Shown here: positions 9,627 to 17,401 of the stretch, piece by piece
How the letters are laid out: every line of letters begins with the position of its first letter
Position numbering within the stretch: the stretch's first letter is position 1
Source: a virus
Lineage: Duplodnaviria; Heunggongvirae; Uroviricota; Caudoviricetes
Virus record (IMG/VR): IMGVR_UViG_2516143027_000011
Span: 1 to 21,652 of that record
Strand: one strand, 5' to 3'
Length of the DNA stretch: 21,652 bases
The notes under the pieces: model-generated
Database searches by the model: none
What the model was told of the DNA's origin: nothing
What the model saw: only the letters and a program-made list of their open reading frames with translations
Position numbers and translations under genes: made by a program

Positions 9627-10071
9627 TCAGTGCCTTTAAATGCTTTTGCCACACCATTGGCCACGGCTATTCCGGTATATTCCCAGTGACGATTGTCCAG
9701 CCAGATAGCGGCGGCGATATCATCAACGGAATCCTGACCATACGGTAAATAATGACGGCGGAGAATTAAATATTGTTCGAGTCCATTCCTTTCAATTTCA
9801 TGGACTCGCTTTGTCAGTTTTTTACTTCAATTTCCAGTTCAGGCGCATAAATATCATTTACTTTGCCAACCAGTTGAAGCGCTGCACCCGGACGTTTTAA
9901 TACTTCTGCCAGTGCTTCTTTACTTTCCGTTGCCACAATTCGCGTCAGATAGTTATGTGCCGGGGCAACTTTATTATCCATCGCCATTTCATTAATAAAT
10001 TTGTTGTAGGCGGTCTGATTTGGCTCAAAAACAATATCAACACCACAAACACACAGTTTAATTTGTTCCAT
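9623..10071 (-). CDS. Tail assembly chaperone, -1 frameshift fusion product (P2 gpE+E' / lambda gpGT analogue, about 149 aa)
   Basis: From the heptamer at 9823-9817 the -1 frame is open for 64 codons (LTKRVHEIERNGLEQYLILRRHYLPYGQDSVDDIAAAIWLDNRHWEYTGIAVANGVAKAFKGTE). Its TGA (9625-9623) overlaps the tape measure ATG (9626-9624). The extension has no start codon of its own. Confidence 0.55.
9814..10071 (-). CDS. Tail assembly chaperone, short form (P2 gpE / lambda gpG analogue, 85 aa)
   Basis: Track start 10074 is GTG; the adjacent ATG at 10071 was used. Sits immediately upstream of the tape measure gene and ends in the slippery heptamer A_AAA_AAC. Confidence 0.6.
   Translation of the reverse strand: MEQIKLCVCGVDIVFEPNQTAYNKFINEMAMDNKVAPAHNYLTRIVATESKEALAEVLKRPGAALQLVGKVNDIYAPELEIEVKN
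9817..9823 (-). other. Programmed -1 ribosomal frameshift slippery heptamer A_AAA_AAC
   Basis: Minus-strand sequence GTA AAA AAC TGA at the 3' end of the chaperone ORF gives a canonical X_XXY_YYZ heptamer, in the position conserved in tail chaperone genes. Confidence 0.55.
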
Positions 10072-10357
10072 CACTCATACTCTCTCTTAAATTAATTTCG
10101 TCCACTAACTGATTATGACGCGCAGCACACTGCCCATAAATTTCAGGATAAATTGTCAGTAATTCCGCTGCATCTTTTCCTGTCGTACCGTTCAGGCGCG
10201 GCAGCTGCGTTGTGCATTTAGTTTTCAGGTTTTCCTGATAACGCACGTTCGGTACCAGCTGCGGCGCTGTTGTACATGCTGACAAACTCATCAGACAGAC
10301 AACGATTGGTAAAAACGGGCTTAAGTATTTCCGTGCGTATCTCTCGCGGTGCCACAT
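10058..10357 (-). CDS. Rz1-like outer-membrane spanin lipoprotein (o-spanin)
   Basis: Signal peptide with lipobox (MWHRERYARKYLSPFLPIVVCLMSLSA|C); GGAGG Shine-Dalgarno upstream of ATG at 10357; overlaps the 3' part of the Rz-like gene in a different frame. Confidence 0.55.
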   Translation of the reverse strand: MWHRERYARKYLSPFLPIVVCLMSLSACTTAPQLVPNVRYQENLKTKCTTQLPRLNGTTGKDAAELLTIYPEIYGQCAARHNQLVDEINLRESMSDGTN

Positions 10358-10556
10358 TTTTTAACGCCTCCAGTTTATCTTCCAGCGCTCTGGCCGAATC
10401 ACTGGCAATACCCTGCATTGCTTTTCGCGATTCATTACCGGCCACCTGCGCCGCTGTATTGATTGCCAGCTCTAAGCTGTCACGCCGCCAGTCAGCGGTC
10501 AGCCAGCCCCAGACAAACGCCAGCGCCACCACAACCAGCCACTGCCCGCTGCTCAT
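10218..10556 (-). CDS. Rz-like inner-membrane spanin (i-spanin)
   Basis: N-terminal transmembrane helix (WLVVVALAFVWGWL) followed by a charged helical periplasmic domain; directly downstream of the endolysin gene. Confidence 0.55.
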   Translation of the reverse strand: MSSGQWLVVVALAFVWGWLTADWRRDSLELAINTAAQVAGNESRKAMQGIASDSARALEDKLEALKNVAPREIRTEILKPVFTNRCLSDEFVSMYNSAAAGTERALSGKPEN

Positions 10557-10897
10557 CAGCGCACCCCGTTATGTTCCAGACTGAAATGATTGCCATCCGG
10601 TCTGGATTTGAAGCGTCCGCCCCAGGCACCACCCAGTGATTCCCAGTATTCCCCCAGAGGCAGATAATCTTCTGTGCGGGTTTTGTACTGACCGTTCACG
10701 AACAGATTGAAATCCACCGCCAACCGCTGGGTGTGCAGACTGTTAGAAATGCCGCTGCCTTTCTTCGCATTCAGCGCGGCCTGTTCTGGTGTACGGTAAG
10801 CCTCACCGAACGTCAGTCTGTAGCCATGTTCTTCTGCCCAGTGGATCAGACTGGCCACCATGACTGTGAATAATTGCTGTTTTTCACTCAGGGTCAT
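10556..10897 (-). CDS. Endolysin, peptidase M15-type (113 aa)
   Basis: Start set to internal ATG at 10897 (GGGAG Shine-Dalgarno; the track ORF begins at 11014 inside the holin gene). Motifs SLHTQRLAVDF and DGNHFSLEH fit the zinc-binding signature of M15 peptidases. Confidence 0.65.
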   Translation of the reverse strand: MTLSEKQQLFTVMVASLIHWAEEHGYRLTFGEAYRTPEQAALNAKKGSGISNSLHTQRLAVDFNLFVNGQYKTRTEDYLPLGEYWESLGGAWGGRFKSRPDGNHFSLEHNGVR

Positions 10898-11186
10898 TTG
10901 TCTTGCTCCCGTTCTGCTTTCCCGCTGCACGTCTGCGCAGCCACACTTCCACCGCCTGATAACCGGCAATCCCCAGCGCCGCCCCCAGCCCTTGAATGGC
11001 CAGCGGGCTGGCATCCGGGATCTGAATCAGCACCGCCCCGGCCACCACTGAAACCAGACTGCCCAGGATCACGCGACCAGCAAACAGGCGCGGCGTGATG
11101 GGGTCATTACTGGTCAGCACATTGCCGATGGCAATCAGTGCGCCAATGATCAGCAGTGAATAAAGGCTCTTTTCATGCTCCTGCAT
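10884..11186 (-). CDS. Holin (100 aa)
   Basis: Two to three predicted transmembrane helices and a highly charged C-terminus (LRRRAAGKQNGSKTNDPE); immediately upstream of and overlapping the endolysin gene; AAGGGG Shine-Dalgarno. Confidence 0.6.
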   Translation of the reverse strand: MQEHEKSLYSLLIIGALIAIGNVLTSNDPITPRLFAGRVILGSLVSVVAGAVLIQIPDASPLAIQGLGAALGIAGYQAVEVWLRRRAAGKQNGSKTNDPE

Positions 11187-11195
11187 CCCTGCCCC

Positions 11196-11651
11196 TTATC
11201 CGATCAGGTTTTCTGTGGCTTCCGCTTCCAGATACGGCACACCGTTGATGTTGACGAATTTCGGACTGGTCACGAAATATTTGATTTTGTGCGTGGTCAC
11301 ACCGCCACCTTTCGGATCAATATCCAGCAGGTTGCTGACCTGCAATTTATTGCCGAACGTCTCCACCTTCATTTCTTCGCTACTGGCTTTGGCATAGAAA
11401 AGAAAATCAAGTGGGGGAAGCCCACGCCATGAACCCGCTGCACGGGCTTTGGCTGTCAGCACCTGAAGTGTTTTTGAACTGACTTCAATTTCCCCTTCGG
11501 CGGCAACATCGCCATCCACATACCCGTCAGGGACGCCACGCGTCTGGGCGGCAGCGCTGTTATCCGTAATATCGAGCGTGATTTTCTCGATATGGATCAG
11601 ATCGCCGTCCATATAGGTGTCAAACGACATACCCGAAATACGTTTAGTCAT
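11196..11651 (-). CDS. Tail tube protein (151 aa)
   Basis: Directly downstream of the sheath-like gene with ATGA overlap; size and position fit a myovirus tube protein. Confidence 0.55.
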   Translation of the reverse strand: MTKRISGMSFDTYMDGDLIHIEKITLDITDNSAAAQTRGVPDGYVDGDVAAEGEIEVSSKTLQVLTAKARAAGSWRGLPPLDFLFYAKASSEEMKVETFGNKLQVSNLLDIDPKGGGVTTHKIKYFVTSPKFVNINGVPYLEAEATENLIG

Positions 11652-12775
11652 GCTGTGGCCTCCAGACTGGCATCCAGTAACAGACTGATGGTGATTTGCA
11701 GCGGCACTTCCCAGGTGCGTACCACAATGTAAATATCCACCGCCTTTTTGTTCTTCCAGACAATGGTCACATCACCATCCTGCGGCGGCTTCACCTCACC
11801 CGGAAATGACACACCGTTAATGCTGGCCGCAGTGGACATTTCACGCAGTGGACGGGCAAACAGTGTCTGATTTGCGGCGATACTTCCCGGCGTACTGTTC
11901 AGCGAGCGATCCGCGATTTTGCTGATAGCCAGCAGACGAACACGGCGGGCAGCTTTATCCGCAACGCGCAGGGTTTCAATCGACTGGTAATCGCCGCCCT
12001 CAACATCCAGCGTGCGGCCATCTGCCCAGTAAAAACCGTCATAATCCGGGTACCACATCGGCACACTGAAACGCTGTGCTTCAAGCGCCTTAAGTGTGGC
12101 CAGTTCCAGCACTTCCCCGGTACCATCAACCGGCATTTCATCACTGCCAAGATTCATCAGAGCACCGGTTTTAACCCGCGCCGGACTGTCAGCAATGGTT
12201 ACCGCACGGCTACACAGGCGACCAGCCAGCACACCCGGTTCATTTCCCCACAGGCGGGGAACCAGCTGCACCGCCTTTTCTGCAATGCCATCCTGAAGGG
12301 TGGCCATGCGTACCAGATAATCCGCCTGGGCTTCTTCGTCCTGCATTCCCTGTGCGGCCAGAATGAACCACACCCAGCGGCCATACTTTGAAATCAGGGT
12401 GGATCGTAACGTCACGGCCTGATTTACCTGCGCTTTAGCGGTCACATCGTCAGACAGCACCACGCCTTCCACAGAGCACACCACCTGCGCGGCCAGAACC
12501 GCTTTCACCCAGGCATCTGCCTCCGCGTCAGTTGGCAGGACATGAATGAACCCCCACCAGTTCTGGCCAGCGTTCGCCAGCGCAGCCAGAACATCATTTT
12601 TCAGCGGGCTGGCTTCCTCGCCCAGCAGTGAATCAAAATCACTCTGGGCATTCACCGCCAGCGTTTTCCCCACATTTTTGGTACCCGAACCGATAAACAG
12701 CAGCGTGCGTTCCACTTCATTGGTTTCACCCAGCAGCTGATTTACCTGGTTTACGGTCACAATTGGCCAGGTCAT
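11648..12775 (-). CDS. Tail sheath protein (375 aa)
   Basis: Position (after the completion proteins, before the tube) and size fit a contractile sheath; ATGA overlap with the upstream gene. Assigned from synteny, not from a recognised motif. Confidence 0.5.
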   Translation of the reverse strand: MTWPIVTVNQVNQLLGETNEVERTLLFIGSGTKNVGKTLAVNAQSDFDSLLGEEASPLKNDVLAALANAGQNWWGFIHVLPTDAEADAWVKAVLAAQVVCSVEGVVLSDDVTAKAQVNQAVTLRSTLISKYGRWVWFILAAQGMQDEEAQADYLVRMATLQDGIAEKAVQLVPRLWGNEPGVLAGRLCSRAVTIADSPARVKTGALMNLGSDEMPVDGTGEVLELATLKALEAQRFSVPMWYPDYDGFYWADGRTLDVEGGDYQSIETLRVADKAARRVRLLAISKIADRSLNSTPGSIAANQTLFARPLREMSTAASINGVSFPGEVKPPQDGDVTIVWKNKKAVDIYIVVRTWEVPLQITISLLLDASLEATA

Positions 12776-13479
12776 GCTTTCCCCTTAATATCCTGCGCTT
12801 TAACGTCCCAGCCAAAGCCGATGGCCTGAAGCTGACGCGCCAGCGCCTTGTCAAATTCATCATCATTCATGCCCAGAAACACACGGGCAGGAAGATCCAC
12901 TTTCCAGCTGGTTTTCACGGCTTTACCACTGAGTTTTCGAATCAGCAGCCCCGCCTGGCTGTACGGCATCGTTTTGGTGATCCCGCCCAGTGTGGGCTTT
13001 TTCCATCGCTTACCGGTTTTCACCCGGTACCCCAGCGCCCGTAATTTTTTGGCCTGGGCAGGTGTCGCCATTTTCCCTGCCTCCGCCTTCCGTGGCTGAT
13101 TACTGCGGCTGACTTTCACGCGCATTCCGTTTTGTTGCGCGTAACCCACTGTTCCGGCTGGTACCGGCGTTTCCCCGTTTCGGTATCCGCCGCCCTGCAA
13201 ATAGATCCGCACAGCCTGAATTTCTGGCATTTCACGGATATGCAGCAGCTTTGGCAGGTTGCGCAGCATCTTCCCTTTGCGTTTTGTCTTACGTCCCGAC
13301 CACTTCTGGCCATCCGGGGATTCCTGATTGCGCACATGCCGTTTTGCCGCAGCAATCACGCCATATTTGGCCAGACGCCATATCAGACGCTGCCGTTTTC
13401 TCGGCGGCAGCTCCATGCTGGCCAGTGCCTTGCGCAATTCGGCCAGCTGTTTTTTATTCAGCTCGCCACTGGCAATCAT
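12772..13479 (-). CDS. Phage virion morphogenesis / tail completion protein (P2 gpS / Mu gpG-like)
   Basis: Basic protein at the gpS position (after the R-like gene, before the sheath); ATGA overlaps on both sides. Confidence 0.5.
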   Translation of the reverse strand: MIASGELNKKQLAELRKALASMELPPRKRQRLIWRLAKYGVIAAAKRHVRNQESPDGQKWSGRKTKRKGKMLRNLPKLLHIREMPEIQAVRIYLQGGGYRNGETPVPAGTVGYAQQNGMRVKVSRSNQPRKAEAGKMATPAQAKKLRALGYRVKTGKRWKKPTLGGITKTMPYSQAGLLIRKLSGKAVKTSWKVDLPARVFLGMNDDEFDKALARQLQAIGFGWDVKAQDIKGKA

Positions 13480-13982
13480 TCGCCATCCCCCACCGGCGCA
13501 CCGGCCTCATCCACGCTGTAAATACTGGCGGTCAGTGCCGTCCAGATTTCAGGCTCAACCAGTGACCAGCGCTCACCCCGCCACGGGATAGCCCCGTTTT
13601 CGTCCTGCCTGATCACCAGTTCTTCCACCATCGGAACAGTCAGCACCACTGTGGCCACTTCCTCATCCTCCACCGACACATCCCAGTCCGGTTCGGCTTC
13701 ATTCAGCCCCACTTCATCCAGTAGTTCCCTGTCAGCATCATCCAGCCACGCCGCCAGTAAGGACATAAGCAACTGCGGCGGGCACAGGCGATACGGGAAA
13801 CGCTCCCAGCTCAGAACCGCGTCATACCTGATCACCGCCTGGCGATATTGTCCCAGCCCGTAATCTTTCGCCGCAGGAATGAACTTCATCTCATCCAGTA
13901 CACTGTCAAATGACTTCATCGCGCGGGGCGGGACGTTCTCTTTAAAAAATGCGGTCAGGCTCTGGATCTGCGTCTGGCTCAT
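13476..13982 (-). CDS. Putative tail completion / head-tail joining protein (P2 gpR-like by position)
   Basis: 168-aa ORF between the head-completion and S-like genes, ATGA-coupled to both neighbours. Assignment is by synteny only. Confidence 0.4.
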   Translation of the reverse strand: MSQTQIQSLTAFFKENVPPRAMKSFDSVLDEMKFIPAAKDYGLGQYRQAVIRYDAVLSWERFPYRLCPPQLLMSLLAAWLDDADRELLDEVGLNEAEPDWDVSVEDEEVATVVLTVPMVEELVIRQDENGAIPWRGERWSLVEPEIWTALTASIYSVDEAGAPVGDGE

Positions 13983-14431
13983 ACTTTTTTCACCGTTGCC
14001 CGTTTCAGCCCTTTCATACGGCGGATAACCACTGACGCTTCAGCCAGTAACCCGGCACGGGTTTCCATGCTTTCCTGTCCCGGATGGGTATCACGCCGCC
14101 CGATCGTGGCAAACTCCCCCAGCAGATCCGCTTTTGCCCTGGCAAAAACGGCCTTCATATACTGGGCGCACAGGCTGTTCAGTCCGCCCATTTTTACGCC
14201 CGGTACCTCTGCCGCCAGCGTGTGGCCTTTCGCTATCCAGCTGGCCTCCACGTTTTCCAGTTCCGCATTCACCTCCGCCACCGCTGCAAGCAACGCCTGG
14301 CTGATGGTGTCAGCGTCAATATCTGGCGGTAGTGACCGCTGCGCCTGAAAATCCTTCAGATTCAGATCTGGCCAGAATCCGTTATTGGTCAGCGGTTCAT
14401 CCTGATAATCCAGCGGCTTTCCGCTAAACAT
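13979..14431 (-). CDS. Head completion/stabilisation protein (P2 gpL-like, about 150 aa)
   Basis: Track start 14482 is GTG; reset to ATG at 14431 with GGGGGA Shine-Dalgarno. Position after the small terminase, as in P2. Confidence 0.55.
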   Translation of the reverse strand: MFSGKPLDYQDEPLTNNGFWPDLNLKDFQAQRSLPPDIDADTISQALLAAVAEVNAELENVEASWIAKGHTLAAEVPGVKMGGLNSLCAQYMKAVFARAKADLLGEFATIGRRDTHPGQESMETRAGLLAEASVVIRRMKGLKRATVKKV

Positions 14432-14529
14432 AAATCCCCCGAAAAAGGCGGACTGGCCGGTTTCCACGGCGCAGTTACACACAAGGCGTTCTGCCCTCCA
14501 CCGCGTCCGCCTGGCTTGCGGTAGTCTTT

Positions 14530-14691
14530 TTAGTGCTCAGTATTAAAAGTGTGCGTATGTGCGCCTGCGTTATGGTTATATGCACTCACACTATGGGTAT
14601 GTGCCCCCACAGAATGGGTATGTGAGCCTGCGCTATGGTTATATGCACTCACACTATGGGTATGTGCACCTTGTAAATGGCTTTCTTTCAT
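14530..14691 (-). CDS. Small His-rich repeat peptide (53 aa: [53 protein letters not shown]), not in the ORF track
   Basis: ATG at 14691-14689 with AAGGA Shine-Dalgarno about 9 nt upstream, same strand as the surrounding operon, stop TAA at 14532-14530. Fills the otherwise unexplained 266-bp gap between the small-terminase and head-completion genes. Shares the AHTHSVS motif and short nucleotide stretches with the tail fibre C-terminus. Confidence 0.45.
   Translation of the reverse strand: MKESHLQGAHTHSVSAYNHSAGSHTHSVGAHTHSVSAYNHNAGAHTHTFNTEH
14555..14667. repeat. 63-bp tandem direct repeat, two copies with about 50 bp near-identical per unit
   Basis: gtatgtgcgcctgcgttatggttatatgcactcacactatgggtatgtgc (14555-14604) and gtatgtgagcctgcgctatggttatatgcactcacactatgggtatgtgc (14618-14667); period 63 bp = 21 codons. 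Confidence 0.85.
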
Positions 14692-14697
14692 TTGTTG

Positions 14698-15402
14698 TTA
14701 TCCTTGAGTTGTCAGTTTTCGGATACGGGCGGCAATTGTCTGCCGCGCCGTTCTGACGCCAATTTTTGAGTAGTGTTTTTCTGCAATAGCCAGCAGCTGA
14801 TCGGCTTTTTCCAGCGTTTTAATATCATCCACGCCCGCCGCCGTTTTCTGCCCATCGTCATTGCGTAGCAACTCCAGACCGGCAAACTTGAACCATTTGG
14901 CCGTCACCTGCTCATGCAGTCGCCAGGTGTTTGCCACCCGCTCAAACGTGCGGGTGAAATAAGGCTCAACACTTTCCCCGCGCCCTGCGGTTTCCTGCGC
15001 CCATTCCAGCATCGTATCCGCCACAAACGTGGGGAAATTGCTGCGCAACCGATCCGGGGTTGCCTGCTGCTGACTGATTGCAATGTCAGCCCAGTCCAGC
15101 GCCTTATCCAGATCGCCCACGTCAAACAGCCAGATAACACACCAGGCGAAAACCGGATTTGCATACACCTGGCCACTATCCAGATAGGCTTCCACAGTGG
15201 GAACCCAGCGCGGCAACAGCACATCACGTTTATACTCGACGCGATCGGCAATGGTAGGCAGACTTCGAACATGTTCCACATCCGTTTCCAGCGCCCTGAT
15301 CAGCAGGTGCATACTTTCCGTGGTTTCCAGTGCCTGGCTGCGCTTCAGCTTTTGTTCCATTGCAATACGCTGACTGTGACGCTGTGCGGGGGAAAGTGCC
15401 AT
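14698..15402 (-). CDS. Terminase small (endonuclease) subunit, P2 gpM-like
   Basis: ATG at 15402 with GGAGG Shine-Dalgarno, 3 nt after the capsid stop; position between capsid and head completion genes as in P2; size close to gpM. Confidence 0.6.
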   Translation of the reverse strand: MALSPAQRHSQRIAMEQKLKRSQALETTESMHLLIRALETDVEHVRSLPTIADRVEYKRDVLLPRWVPTVEAYLDSGQVYANPVFAWCVIWLFDVGDLDKALDWADIAISQQQATPDRLRSNFPTFVADTMLEWAQETAGRGESVEPYFTRTFERVANTWRLHEQVTAKWFKFAGLELLRNDDGQKTAAGVDDIKTLEKADQLLAIAEKHYSKIGVRTARQTIAARIRKLTTQG

Positions 15403-15405
15403 TTA

Positions 15406-16428
15406 TCAGCCCTCCACCGGTTCGGAGACTTTGCCGATTGTCACAGCGGATTCATCAATGGCTGCATACAGCTCCGGCACTTCCACCGCGTAACCTTCAT
15501 TGCGCAGGTATTTGTTTTCGAACTGCTTACGATCTTCAACAAACTCCGCCTTACGCATACGGGTATTGCGCTGGGTGTAGATGTGCAGGTTAGAAAGTGG
15601 CGTAACCACCATGCGTTTACCCGGCATAAACGGCGGGATAATGGCCTGACGGCCAGCAATGGTGCTCCCCAGCATCTGCGCAGCAATTTTTTCAGTCGGA
15701 CGGTCTGCTGCCTGATACAGTCGGTACTGTTCAGCAGCGACCAGATCGGCACCGACCAGGACAACCAGACGCGGGTCATTGCGGAACTGTGCCGGGATTT
15801 TGGCGTTAATCAGATCGGACGCCATTGCATCCAGTGACTTGTAATCCCCGGCCTCATCGAGCACCACTGGATCGGTCATAATCTGATTGCCGTCCAGCAG
15901 CGTTTTCATACGCTCATGCCAGCCAATGTTCACATCTTCACCGTTCGGGTTTGCCTCCGGATCAGTGGTTTTAGCCCGACTTTTACCATTGAAACCAATG
16001 CGCAACATGTCCAGCGCAAAAGCCTGCGTGGTGAATGCCTGTACCAGGTTGTAAAACTCGTTTTCGTCCTTACCGGCGTTTGCCCAGACAGAAAGCAGAT
16101 CCCAGCGCAGTGCGGCGCAGCTGTCTGTTTCAACCAGCGAATAGTCATTACCGTCAACGCCTACCTGACGAATAAAACGGCCATTTTCGCTGCGGCCGGT
16201 ATGCAGCACGGAAGAACCGACAGAGATCACCTGACCACTCAACTGGTCAACATCCAGACAGGTGATCATGTTCAGGAACTCGACGGACTCCAGCAACGCA
16301 AGACGCAGCGCATTTTCCTGCGGGTCATTCAGGGAAAAATATCGACTGGTATCACGCGCACCAAACTGCTGCGCCATCCCCGCCGAATATTTATCCAGTA
16401 AATCCCGCGCACGATTATTAAGGTGCAT
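15406..16428 (-). CDS. Major capsid protein, P2 gpN-like (340 aa)
   Basis: Track start 16443 is TTG; reset to ATG at 16428 with GAGGGAG Shine-Dalgarno. Recognisable similarity to P2 gpN (GFNG, GDY.SLDA and LSIY segments). Confidence 0.8.
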   Translation of the reverse strand: MHLNNRARDLLDKYSAGMAQQFGARDTSRYFSLNDPQENALRLALLESVEFLNMITCLDVDQLSGQVISVGSSVLHTGRSENGRFIRQVGVDGNDYSLVETDSCAALRWDLLSVWANAGKDENEFYNLVQAFTTQAFALDMLRIGFNGKSRAKTTDPEANPNGEDVNIGWHERMKTLLDGNQIMTDPVVLDEAGDYKSLDAMASDLINAKIPAQFRNDPRLVVLVGADLVAAEQYRLYQAADRPTEKIAAQMLGSTIAGRQAIIPPFMPGKRMVVTPLSNLHIYTQRNTRMRKAEFVEDRKQFENKYLRNEGYAVEVPELYAAIDESAVTIGKVSEPVEG

Positions 16429-16490
16429 AAAACTCCCTCGCAATTAAGCGATTTAACAATATGTTCTGGACTAATCAGCAATAAAGCGAA

Positions 16491-17294
16491 TTACAGGAAA
16501 TTAAATTTCCCGGCTTTATCTTTAATAGTACGCCCCGGTGTACGGGTGTTTTTATTACCCAGATCGTTAAAACGGGTTACGATTTCTTTTGCATTATCGC
16601 GAATTGCCGCAAATTCCTGCGTATCGACCACTTCAGCGATAGTATCAACATCACCCTGAACGTCATTCAGTTGAGTTTCAATTTTCGCCACACGCGCTTC
16701 CAGATCGTTCACCACATTGGCAAGCGCCTGTAATTTATCTTCATCCGGGGCAGGATTATCCTGCGGCGTTTCATCTTCAAACTTTGGCTTAATACCAAAC
16801 AGTTTCTGCCAGTTCTTCATTCTTGCTTCCTGTTTAATTTTTCCGTCACGGGAAATTACACAGCTGTAATATCCCTGCTTTGTTAATTTATTGCGCCGAC
16901 TACTAAAGCGCAGCCGTGTGGTGCCAACGCTAGCAGGCGTATCTGTTACCGCCAGCCCTTTCAGGTAAGTACGTCCGCTACCGCGCCAGTTTTCATCCGG
17001 CTCAATGGAGAAAAACAAAAGCTGATCTTCATGGTTGGCGAAAATCAGCCGCATATTCGGGCAAAGGCTGACATATAAACGCGCTAGTCCATCGTCACCA
17101 TCTTTCCAGGTGGCTTCCAGAACTTCGCCAAAATTACCGGAATCGTCCTCATGCTCTGGCCAGATTAATGCAACGTAATGGTTATAATCATAGGTTTCCC
17201 CCATATCTATAATCCACTGCCGTTCAATTACTCTGCCGTCAACGGTATCCCCTTCAGTAGCAACACACAGCCAGTCAGTTTTTAAATGTGACAT
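16491..17294 (-). CDS. Capsid scaffolding protein, P2 gpO-like (267 aa)
   Basis: Track start 17330 is TTG; reset to ATG at 17294 with GGGGG Shine-Dalgarno. N-terminus GDTVDGRVIERQWIIDMGETYD aligns with P2 gpO (GDTCDGRVISAQDIQEMAETFD); LKGLAVTDTPAS matches gpO LVGLAVTDDPAS. Confidence 0.8.
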   Translation of the reverse strand: MSHLKTDWLCVATEGDTVDGRVIERQWIIDMGETYDYNHYVALIWPEHEDDSGNFGEVLEATWKDGDDGLARLYVSLCPNMRLIFANHEDQLLFFSIEPDENWRGSGRTYLKGLAVTDTPASVGTTRLRFSSRRNKLTKQGYYSCVISRDGKIKQEARMKNWQKLFGIKPKFEDETPQDNPAPDEDKLQALANVVNDLEARVAKIETQLNDVQGDVDTIAEVVDTQEFAAIRDNAKEIVTRFNDLGNKNTRTPGRTIKDKAGKFNFL

Positions 17295-17376
17295 ATCCCC
17301 CCTGTTCCACTCCCTGACGCTGCAATTCAATTATTGCCAAATAAAACAGCCACTGCATTACGCTTTATTCTGAACA

Positions 17377-17401
17377 GTTCGGTTATAACGCTTTACCGAA
17401 C
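17377..17401. promoter_or_regulatory. Inverted repeat GTTCGGT-N11-ACCGAAC in the divergent scaffold/terminase intergenic region; candidate late-activator site
   Basis: Perfect 7-bp arms separated by 11 bp, centred about 67 bp upstream of the terminase ATG, with a CATAAT -10-like hexamer at 17443-17448. Not an exact match to the P2 TGT-N12-ACA element as I recall it. Confidence 0.3.

Noticed and set aside
14432-14529. Possible hairpin or attenuator (GGCGGAC ... GTCCGCC followed by a T-run) between the micro-ORF and the head-completion gene
   Set aside because: The arms are about 50 nt apart with no compact stem, so this is not a convincing intrinsic terminator.
14555-14667. Possible CRISPR array or other non-coding repeat array
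   Set aside because: Only two copies, with a 63-bp period that is a multiple of three, no spacer/repeat alternation and no cas genes. It is a coding tandem duplication.
14559-14756. Plus-strand 65-aa ORF (YGYMHSHYGYV repeats) across the 63-bp tandem repeat
   Set aside because: It is the antisense reading of the same repeat, overlaps the 3' end of the small-terminase gene, and has no Shine-Dalgarno. The minus-strand 53-aa ORF is co-oriented with the operon and has a proper ribosome-binding site.
14914-15837. Plus-strand 307-aa ORF overlapping the capsid and small-terminase genes
   Set aside because: Antisense to two syntenic P2-like head genes that have strong Shine-Dalgarno sites. Long antisense ORFs are expected by chance in this GC-rich coding DNA.
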